Shown here: piece by piece, positions 11,982 through 21,869 of the stretch
How the letters are laid out: the number at the start of each line of letters is the position of its first letter
Numbering within the stretch: the first letter of the stretch is position 1
DNA from: Chiloscyllium plagiosum
Lineage: Eukaryota
Length of the DNA: 41,421 nt
Direction: 5' to 3'
NCBI RefSeq assembly: GCF_004010195.1
Contig: NC_057755.1
Location: 10,533,301-10,574,721, forward strand
Notes under the pieces: model-generated
What the model saw: the letters and a program-made list of their open reading frames with translations, nothing else
What the model was told of the DNA's origin: nothing
Database searches by the model: none
Translations under genes and position numbers: made by a program

Positions 11982-13697
11982 CTGATAGTTTTACATTTAT
12001 GCAGCACAGGCAGCAGAAATGGTATACCTTCATCCGGTAGGTCACAACAACTCAGGTCCAGTTCTTCTAACTTGTCATGGGCCATTAATGTGGATGACAG
12101 AATCACACAGTCAGCAACGTTAAGATGATACTTCATGAATTGGATTGTATTTCTTGTTGATAATGCGTCCCTGATCAGCTCCGCATCTCCAAATTCATGA
12201 AAGCAGTACAACAAGTTTAAAAAGGTCTCTTTGGATTTCTTGCCTTCGAGATTTGGATCACATCTTTTGGAATAATTTGTGAGCCAACCAGACACACATT
12301 TGGTGACTGCAGGATCAACATTAGTCATTTTCCAGTTAGGTTTTGTGGTTGAATTGTGTCTGGCAAGTCCAATAAGAAAACGTGACAACAGTGTGAATCT
12401 CCCATCAGTCGTTGTGTGCTCTGCATTGAGCGATTCTAATAGTTTATTCCCTGTTGTAGTTCGAATTCTCTGTAGAGCTGCAAGAAAGTGCTGAATAATA
12501 AAATGATTAAATGCATAAACAGTTGTCTCGTGATCTTTGCCTTGAATTTCCATCATTAATACAGTGATAACGTTGGCAAAGTTCACGTTGTGGGAACTAA
12601 GTTGGTTTCTGTTAAACACCACAAGATTTTTGCGGCATCCATCATAAGCCAGAGCTCCCAATTTCAACAGATCTTCTGAACAGCTTTCAAAAGTGTAACC
12701 ACTTCTGCCTAATAGATTAACGATGTAAGTGGAGACTGCCTGTGTGCTGGTTTTATGGAACAAAGGCACGTCTTGAACTCCTTGTGGCCGGGGTGATTCC
12801 AATAATGAGCAGAGGGTCAGACAAAACAGGGGGTTATAGCACATTCTATACAATGTGTCATTCGCTTTTATGTATTTAATTATATGCGACTTTGTCTGTT
12901 CATTTCTGAAATAATTCTGGAAGTACTGTAGTGTTGCATCAGACGCGAACCCCAGGATTTGTACTTTTCGATTTACATCTGTAATTCCCAAAGAATCGAA
13001 TTTCCCGGTTTGGCATGTGATGAGGATAGAGCAACCCTTCAGCAACTCTCCCTTAATGAGACAACGAACAACATCCGTGATCAGGCAATAACAGTTAGGA
13101 TCGAGACACTGATCTTGGGATTCGGCATTCCTTTCAGCATCATTGAAATAGATGATTTTCTGAAATTGATCTAAATCTTCAAACACAAACAATATCTTTT
13201 CAGGTTCTTTCCACAATTGTTCCAGTGCATCATCTAAATAAGGATAATTATCCCGGACCAGGGCTGTCAGACTGGTCTTCCAGTGTATTAAATTTAAACG
13301 TGGAAATTGGATTTGAAAAACAAATTTAAATGATTGGTATATTTTACCTTGTGACCAGTCTTGGATTAATTTCTGTACCATGGTACTTTTCCCAATGCCT
13401 GCCTCCCCACAGTTGTTCCAAACCTGCTTGTTTCAGAGTCATTGGTCCCCAGTAACATGTTGAGCTGAAGGACAGGTTGTTCCTTGATATATTTAATGAA
13501 TGTGCCTCCATGATCTTGTCTTCGATCTTTCCATTCATTTTCAATCATTTCAACCGTAAATGGAGAATCAGCAATCGTTAAGTCTATGTAATTCTCATCC
13601 AATAGGCAATCGATTGCAAACTGATTTCCTGTCACAAGTGTGAACTTGAGTCTCTTCGTCAGTTTTTGTAGATGATCTTTGTGCTGAAGCTCTATCC
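11982..13697 (-). pseudogene. NLR (NLRP3/NLRP12/NLRC3-like) FISNA-NACHT-first-LRR exon, frameshifted before Walker A
   Basis: Acceptor AG at 13699-13698, then gIELQHKDHLQKLT...YIDLTIAD. Frame changes near 13410. Then CGEAGIGKSTMVQKLIQDW, ILFVFEDLDQ, ILITCQ, ILGF, MCYNPLFC, YAFNHFIIQHFLAA, LLYCFHE, LEELDLSCC. Donor ATC AG|GTAATT at 11981. Confidence 0.92.
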
Positions 13698-14649
13698 CTT
13701 CAATATGAAGAAATAATTCATTATATCAATGAAACATAAAATCGAATTAGCCATTTGATCATAAAGAACATGACTTTGCTAGATGAAGTTTAATGGTTTG
13801 CATTTGCACTCATCAGGATAACACGTAAGAATTAGTACAATACACAGGGAAATAAAACGTCTACTTTCTGAAAAAGAGTGTTAAATGGGGGAAGAAGACG
13901 CAGATAGGTTAAGGCATTTACCAGGGCGACAATTTATCTCATAAGTGTATACTTGAGAAGTCATCAGTTGAATGCAGTTGAATTACTTCTTTTACTTCAC
14001 ATTGGTATTTCTTGCCAATTGTCTTGATGCGCAAAAAATGAAAATCTTAGGCAGAATGTTTCTTTTTACAACACTGCAATTGATTATATGGAAATACCTG
14101 TTTACCAATAAAATGCATTGAAGGGAGTTTAACCTTTTACTTCACAGGTTAAATTATATGATAATAAGACTGTTGCAAATAATTTGACTTTGAGGTATAA
14201 CCAGTTTTCCTAGTAATAAACATTGTTCCATTATCTGTGACCTCTACTTCCAGGAGTCCGTGTGTTGAATAAGAGGCATGGAATTTTTCTATTGCCCTCC
14301 CAAATTTTTAATGGGTTAACCATTTTGCACATCCAACAACTATGAACATCTGCAATGATGAAGAAGATTGAACCCATGGAAGCACCCACATTGTTAACAT
14401 GCAACTCAGTCCTTCGTCTGTCCATTCCCACAGATATGGAGAGTTATTCTCAGTAATGTTTGTCCTTGTTGACACTCTGAATCCCGAAGAATGTGACTGC
14501 ATCTGCATCCAAGCCTACTCACCAGACATAACTCCTCACCAACATCTTCATTTTGCAGATCCCTGGAAGACCTTGGAGGAGTTCAGCCAGTATTGTGTGG
14601 TGACATTTGCTCAGGGAAATCACTCTTGCTTACCGTAACAGTATGCCAT

Positions 14650-15440
14650 CCCATACCATGAGCTGGATTCACTGGATTCAAAAATTCCTGCCATTCCAGG
14701 AGTCAAATTGGTTCACTTTTACTGAACCCCTTCTCCAACAAGAACATTCTTCTTCAGATAGAGAGACAACACTGCACACAATATTCCAAGTTTGGATCAC
14801 CAATGCCCTGTATAATTGCAACAAGTTATCCCTGTTCCTGAACTTGCATCCTTTATATAAACTGCTTTCCATGTATGCTACCAAATTGGATAACCTTACA
14901 TTTATCCACATTATATTGCAGCTGCAATGTATTTGCTAGTCACTCAGCCTATCGTAATCACCCAGCAACATCTGTGCATCCTCCCCACAGATCAACATTG
15001 TGTCATCTGCAATTTTTGAGATAATCCATTTCGTTCCCTCATCTCAATAAACCAGTTGGTAAGGACTATACACTGGAGTTTAGAAGAATTTGGATTGATC
15101 TCAAACAAACATACAACGTTTTAACAGGACTAGAAGGGTTAGTCACAGGAAATATGTCCTGATACTAAGGGAATCTGGAACCAGAGTTCGAAGGCTTTAA
15201 GTAAATCATTTCGAACTGCGCTGGGGAAAATGTTCTGACACACGGAGTGTTGAGCTTATGGAATTCAGTACCACAGTAAGCAGCTGAATACAAAAATGAT
15301 ATGTTTTTAAGAAGAAGGAAGGAATATGTCTTGTGGCAAAAGGAACATGGAAGAAGATGTTTTGCTCAATGATTGACTGTGATCATATGGACTGGCATAA
15401 TAGGCTTGAGGGGCTAAATGACCCACTACAGATGCTGTTT
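14650..15440. mobile_element. Degenerate CR1 fragments in both orientations
   Basis: Minus RDNLLQLYRALVIQTWNIVCS (14678-14911). Plus GGAGTTTAGAAGAA...GATCTC...GCTTATGGAATTC from ~15070. Confidence 0.6.
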
Positions 15441-15469
15441 TTGTGCAACCCCTTCAGTGCAGAAAGAGG

Positions 15470-15780
15470 ACATTTGGCTTCCTGACTCCACACTGAGTCG
15501 CCAAAGATCATTCCACTCAAACCGCTACCATATCCCTATGACCCCACATTTCCCATGGCTAATCATCATAGCCTGCACAACTTGGCACTATGGGAAATTT
15601 AGCATCATGAATCTACTCAACCAGCAGATCCCTGGACTGTAGGAGGAAACCAGAGCTCCTGGCAGAAACCCACACAGACATGGGGAGAATGTACAAACTT
15701 CATCGAGCCAGAAGGGCAAGGTTGGAATACAGGCCCCTGATGCTTTGAGGTGGCAGTGCTAACCATGGAGTCACTGTGAC
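15470..15780 (-). mobile_element. Old HE1 SINE
   Basis: CACTATGGGAAATTTAGCAT...GGAGGAAACC...GAAACCCACACAGACATGGGGAGAATGTACAAACT...GGCAGTGCTAACC. Confidence 0.75.
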
Positions 15781-15964
15781 TTACTGCATTTAAAAAGCTT
15801 CCAAAATGATTTCAGTTTCCATGAATGATACTTGTACTTCACTGCTTAAAGTTTGAGGAAAGAATATACAAATTAGGATTGTTTTCCTGAGAATGTAGAA
15901 GGGTAATGTGTGATCTGTTTGAAGGTTTAAATATTAACAGGAAAAAACCATGTAGATCAAGATA

Positions 15965-16180
15965 TGATTTGGAGATGCCGGTGTTGGACTGGGCTGTACA
16001 AAGATAAAAATCACACAACACCAGGTTATAGTCCGACAGGTTTAATTGGAAGCTTTCAGAGCGTTGACCCTTCACTGTGGCATCAGGACAGCCATCTGAT
16101 GAAGGAACGACGTTCTGAAAGCTCGTGTGCTTCCAATTAAACCTGTCGGACTATAACCTGGTGTTGTGTGATTTTAAACT
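15965..16180. mobile_element. Palindromic Penelope-derived insert with 12-bp TSD, inside a CR1 fragment (~15840-16460)
   Basis: AAAATCACACAACACCAGGTTATAGTCCGACAGGTTTAATTGGAAGC pairs perfectly with its reverse complement at ~16129-16175. TSD TAGATCAAGATA (15953) / TAGATCAGGATA (16181). Confidence 0.85.
16091..16130 (+). ncRNA. Candidate minimal type I hammerhead ribozyme
   Basis: cat-CTGATGA-a-GGAAC gac GTTCT-GAAA-GCTC-gtg: both catalytic boxes, helix II, palindromic AGCT helix III and a 3-bp helix I. Confidence 0.6.
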
Positions 16181-16463
16181 TAGATCAGGATAAACTGTTT
16201 CCACTTGTTGGGGATTCTAGAGTTAGGGGCATCGTTGAGAATCAATGCCAGAGCGTTCAGAAGAGCTGTTAGGAAACACAAAAGGTGCAGTTCATGGTGG
16301 ATAAGTAGTCAACTTCAAATCAGACTTTTTTTTTTTTGGTAATCAACAATATTATGGGACATGGGTCAAAGTCTGGGATATGGCATTCGGCCACAGACTA
16401 GCAATCATCTCATTGAATGGAGCAACAGCTTCAATCGCCTACACCTATTCCGAGGTTCCAACT

Positions 16464-16963
16464 NNNNNNNNNNNNNNNNNNNNNNNNNNNNNNNNNNNNN
16501 NNNNNNNNNNNNNNNNNNNNNNNNNNNNNNNNNNNNNNNNNNNNNNNNNNNNNNNNNNNNNNNNNNNNNNNNNNNNNNNNNNNNNNNNNNNNNNNNNNNN
16601 NNNNNNNNNNNNNNNNNNNNNNNNNNNNNNNNNNNNNNNNNNNNNNNNNNNNNNNNNNNNNNNNNNNNNNNNNNNNNNNNNNNNNNNNNNNNNNNNNNNN
16701 NNNNNNNNNNNNNNNNNNNNNNNNNNNNNNNNNNNNNNNNNNNNNNNNNNNNNNNNNNNNNNNNNNNNNNNNNNNNNNNNNNNNNNNNNNNNNNNNNNNN
16801 NNNNNNNNNNNNNNNNNNNNNNNNNNNNNNNNNNNNNNNNNNNNNNNNNNNNNNNNNNNNNNNNNNNNNNNNNNNNNNNNNNNNNNNNNNNNNNNNNNNN
16901 NNNNNNNNNNNNNNNNNNNNNNNNNNNNNNNNNNNNNNNNNNNNNNNNNNNNNNNNNNNNNNN
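16464..16963. other. Assembly gap (500 N)
   Basis: Run of exactly 500 N. Confidence 1.
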
Positions 16964-17071
16964 TTAGACAAAGCACCCATCGAATTGTGTACAAATAAAA
17001 CGACGCTGCCGTTCAGAAATTTGGTCTCGGAGTGAAATTATTAAAGTAAGTGAGCTTTTGTTTCTCACACG

Positions 17072-20000
17072 TAAATATTCAGATTTCAAACTTAAATTAT
17101 AAACGCACCTTAGTAATAGCTTGGAACACAAAGTTTTATTTGACAGTTCGCACTACCAGATCATCTGTATCCTCTGAAAGACAGGGAATTGAATGAAACC
17201 CTGTGGAAGAGAATGTATTGCACCTACAGGAAACGATATGAATTGAGTATATCGCAGACACTCTATATGCAGATTGTTTGGTGGAAACCAAAAAGTTAAG
17301 AAAAAAATTCAAGGGATGCCATTTTGGTCCACGATTCAACATGCATCCCAGAGAAAATATACTGACTCAGAAGTATTGATTAAATGATTACTTGCAATTT
17401 ATTAATTATTGATTTTCTGATCTACATTTAGCCTTAACGAGAATCAACTCAAGAACCCAGGGGTGAAACAATTATCCAAAGTTCCGATGGTGATTGTTTA
17501 ATAACAAAATTAGAGTAAGAAATATTCTTGAAATAACAAACTTTACAAGCATAATATACCGTACATGTAACTGGTGATATTACTCGATTAATAATGCCCA
17601 GCAAATCTCAAGTTCCAATTTACTTTGAACGAATGTAATATGGAAATTGGAAAATGTTAATATCAGTGAACTGATTTACTGCTGGCAGTTTAAATTCGAT
17701 ACACTGTGTTGGTGTTTTTACGCTTTCTGATATTCGATCACTGCAGCTTAAAGTCTAATAGTGCCACAGATGATTATTTGGGAACATTGGTGTCGGCTCT
17801 TTAGTCAAACAGTTCACTGATTGAGCTGGAACTGAGCAATAAGTTTCAGTGTGAGGTTGATCACTCTAACAGACTGACTGGGAAACATCATCATTCGCTG
17901 CATTGTCTCATTCAGAGCAAGGCCTGGCTGATGGAAATCAGTGAATTGTCTGCTCAGATATTTAATATTTATATGTCATTTCTTTGTGTTATTTATAATG
18001 GACAGGCTTCTGAAATATCGTCGAATTTCATGGAACAATTGCTACTTTATCAGATACTTGAAGTAAATTTAAATTGAGTGCTTGTAAGAATATCGTTAGT
18101 TAAAGTGGATAGACAAATGGATTACTAATTATTACCATGTTTTTTCATGTCTTTCAGATTGCCAAGCAATGCAGAACTGAATTGAGTTCTGAACTGCGTC
18201 TGTGCACTGGATGATTTGACATTGTTTAAACAGGGACTTATTGCTTATCTTGATTATTTTTAACTTGGTAGGAATTTTAAATAATAGACTCCTAGAATTT
18301 AAAGTAAAGAAGGAGGCCATTCGACCCATCATGTCTGAACCATCTCCCGTAAGATCTATCCGCCTAGTCTCATTCCCCACCCCTATTCCAGTCTCTTATA
18401 TCACTTTCAAATATATATCCAGCTTTGTTTTGAAACCTCCTCTAACTCCACCATTCTCTTAGGCAGCATATTTTGACCTGTACCAACTTTCTGAGGAAAG
18501 GGATTTCTCCTCATCTCACTCTTTGCTTTGTTTTTGACAAATTGGAAGTTGTGACCCTTAGTTACTGACATAAGAAATGGAGCATCATTCTTTACCCTGT
18601 CAAATTTGTTCATCATTTTGAACACCCCAATAAGGTCAAATCTTAATCTTCTGTGCTCCAAACAGAATACACCTAATTTCTCTTGTCTTTCCTGTTACTG
18701 AAAATCTCTCATTCCTGGGATCGTTTGATAAATTTCCTTTGCAGTCTTCAACAGCGTTCCTTAAATAACCTGCCTTGAACTGAACACTCAAAAGTGGAAC
18801 AATTTTAAACACATTCTGAGACATTATCACAGTCGACAATCTAAGTGAAAGTGACAGCGAAATTTTTAACCCCAATTCTTCAATGTAACTCACCCTACTG
18901 TCCAGTCTGGAGGAGAAAGTGAGGACTGCAGATGCTGGAGATCACAGTCAAAGAGTGGGATGCTGGAAAAAAAAGCAGGTCAGGCATCATCCGAGGAGCG
19001 GGAGAGTCGACGTTTCGATCATAAACTCTTCAACAGGAGTCATTCCTGATCGAGACGTTATGCTCAAAACGTCGCCTCCCCTACTCAGATGCTGCCTGAC
19101 CTGCTTTTTCAGCACCATACTCTTCAACTCTGTTCTCCAATCTGTCAAGGATGCCTCTCAGACTATACAACATTATGCTTTCACTTGATAAATTTATTTA
19201 TGATGAGCCCTCATCTTCTCTCATGGGTAATTATCATTAAAATATAGCTCAAGTTCCATTATGCTCAATCATACGCCAAGGATTATTTTTTTTCTGGCTG
19301 GGAACTTGGTTCATAGACGTGTTCGAATTTAAAAGTTCATCTTAAATCCCTGTCGTCACTCAGAAGCATCACTGATTGGAGATGAGAGACAACAATTCCC
19401 ATTTGGGTTGTCGCGTCATCCTCGGTTGATTTTTCATTCACAATATTTCAGCAGTTTGTCTGAGTGAGTTCATGATGAGTCTGTGATGGCGACTGAGTGA
19501 ATGAGATCATAGGGGAATGTGATGATTGGAATATGTAGCTGGCTAAAGGGTTAGGGTGGGTGAGGTTGTTGCAGAGGTGAGTATGGTGGGGAACAGACAT
19601 GGAGATGGAAAAATGATGAGAGTGATATCTGTGTTGTACATAACCTGTGAATGATGGAACGTGGGATTGTATACCCATGTGAGGCAGGTGCCATCTGGAC
19701 CAGCTTGCAGATATATCGCCTGTCAAAGTTGTGTGAGGCAGTGTATTAGGTCTGTAATGTTGCTGGTGCCTGCAGTGGTATGTGGGTACTCTGGTGTTTC
19801 ATTAGTGTGACAACAACGCAGAAGATTAGGAGCTAGATTCTTAGATTTCTTTGGTGAGTCAGGCTACAGATGAGCAGGAAAACAAGACAGAAAGTGGACT
19901 GGATAACATTTCTGAACAGACTTGTTGAAGAAAAGTATCGATAACTTAGCACTGTGCACAATGGTCATGTGTATACCGCTAATGCAGGTTCAAATTCCAC

Positions 20001-20282
20001 ATGGTCCAGAAGTTGTGGTAATCTCTTTGAACAGGTTGTAGAAAAAAGCTCCACAAAAAAGAAATGTGCATCTCATCATTTAAATACCAATCCTTTCACG
20101 TATCGTTTTTTTTGCACACAAGGTAACAATAACTAATTTTGTTACCTTGTGGAGGAGCAAATTTACTGAAAGAAGTAATACCTATCCAAGTGATTAGACA
20201 ATGATATTTAATACTCATTTAAGGGATGTGGGCATCGTTGGCTGGGCCACAATTCGTTGCCCCTATCCCTCGTTTCTCTTGA
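17072..20282. repeat. Segmental duplication arm 2 (inverted relative to 7141-10578)
   Basis: Reverse-complement match to arm 1. Lacks the 426-bp CR1 and has ~200 extra bp at ~18100-18305. Confidence 0.95.
17747..17941 (+). pseudogene. Paralogous NLR LRR exon (195 nt) with the same TAG and a damaged donor
   Basis: ctgcag|C TTA AAG TCT AAT AGT...CTT TAG(17802-17804) TCA AAC...ATC AG, then TGAATT (one G missing versus AG|GTGACT in arm 1). Confidence 0.8.
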
Positions 20283-20341
20283 GAACGTGGTGATGAGCTG
20301 CCTTCTTGAACCACTGCAGAACCACAGACCCATAACATTGA

Positions 20342-20520
20342 TGTGGAGGTGTCAGTGTTTGATTGTGGTGGACAAAGTCAGAAGTCAGAAGTAAATGAAA
20401 TCACAAGCTTTCAGTGCACTCTCCCTTCATCAGATGATGGACGAGTAGTGGTATGCAAGTTTGTGACTTCAAATTAACCTCTAGGAATTCAACCTGATGC
20501 CGTGTGGCTTCTGACTTTGT
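20342..20520. mobile_element. Degenerate palindromic Penelope-derived insert with 12-bp TSD
   Basis: GGACAAAGTCAGAAG.../...CTTCTGACTTTGTCC arms; CTGATGA...GAAAGCTT on minus; TSD CCATAACATTGA / CCATAATACTGA. Confidence 0.7.
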
Positions 20521-20877
20521 CCATAATACTGAAGCAATATTACAGCTTCATTTACTGAGAAATGTAATTAAAGGGTAAAATGAAATTCATCAGGGATCCT
20601 TTAAAATTATACTTTCTGAATATACTCCCTGTGTTGAATCAGACATCATTTAAACGCTTTACAATTGGTAACTAGCATTTTACAATCATTGTGAAAAGAT
20701 TCCCAATGCAGAATATTAATCTATTATCAATGTAATGTTTTGTAAAATAAGATATTTTACCCCTTAGGATGCTTGAAAATTAATCATCATACGGATGTAT
20801 GCAGGGAGGCAATGGTTATCCTGTCATCATGTCATCAGGGGTAGATGCTGTTGGTCATTGCTCGAGATAGTTTGCCG

Positions 20878-21545
20878 TTCAATAAGGCAGCTCATCGACA
20901 CGTTCTCAAGAGAAAGTAGGGATAGGGACAACGAATAGTGGCCCAGCCAACGATGCCCACATCCCTTAAATGAGTATTAAAAATCATTGTCTAGTGACTT
21001 GGACAGGTATTATTTCCTTCAGTAAATTTGCTCCTCCACAAGGTAACAAAATTAGTTGTTGTTACCTTGTGTGCAAAAACAAATGTGAACGGATTGGTAT
21101 TTAAATGATGAGATGAACATTTCTTTTTGTGGAGCTTTTTTCTACAACCTGTTCAGAGAGATTATCACAACTTCTGAACCATGTGGAATTTGAACCTGCA
21201 TCAGCGGTATACACATGACCATTGTGCACAGTGCTAAGTTATCGATACTTTTCTTCAACAAGTCTGTTCAGAAATGTTATCCAGTCCACGTTCTGTCTTG
21301 TTTTCCTGCTCATCTGTAGCCTGACTCACCAAAGAAATCTAAGAATCTAGCTCCTAATCTTCTGCGTTGTTGTCACACTAATGAAACACCAGAGTACCCA
21401 TATACCACTGCAGGCACCAGCAACATTACAGACCTAATACACTGCCCCACAACTTTGACAGGCGATCCACCTGCAAGCTGGTACAGATTGCACCTGCCCC
21501 ACATGGGTATACAATCCCACGTTCCAGCATTCGCAGGTTATACAT
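20878..21545. repeat. Third partial copy of the duplication (direct to 7141-~7785, inverted to ~19637-20312)
   Basis: Direct match by eye, e.g. GATGCCCACATCCCTTAAATGAGTATTAAAAATCATTGTC and CCAGTCCACGTTCTGTCTTGTTTTCCTGCTCATCTGTAGC. Confidence 0.92.
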
Positions 21546-21869
21546 GAAGTTGTGGTCTACAAAAGAAGGAAAATTAATAAAAGGCTGAGGTGTAGAGAAT
21601 GGGAGAGAGAAGATCCTGGGGCATGAGCGACTATCTCTGTGGGAGAAGACATCTCCATATGAACCAAAGGGAAGACCAGAGACTGCCCACCAACAAAGAC
21701 TGCACAATATTGGGACAGACATTCCAAACACACTAGCCTTACTACTCTAGACAGCAGACCTGTCTCAGTTTTATACTTGCGTTGTACTATGATCTGATGA
21801 TTTATGTCTAAACCATTTCATCTCTGTGTTTCCTAAAAAAATCAGAAAACTGTTCAAATTGTGTGCTAC

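Noticed and set aside
13795..14050. Inverted CTGATGAGTGCAA-type motifs as a further hammerhead hairpin
   Set aside because: Too decayed: GAAA box and helices not convincing, and no TSD found.
14100..14640. Upstream (PYD/CARD/death-domain) exon of the NLR
   Set aside because: No recognisable domain or convincing splice pair; the 5' exons may lie in the gap.
16361..17035. Long ORFs spanning N runs (also 32514-33288)
   Set aside because: Artefacts of the assembly gaps.
17148..17300. Possible exon FALPDHLYPLKDRELNETLWK... after ttatttgacag, with an 18-nt in-frame indel between the arms
   Set aside because: Phase 0 does not fit the phase-2 NACHT donor, there is no LRR pattern, and conservation is explained by the duplication.
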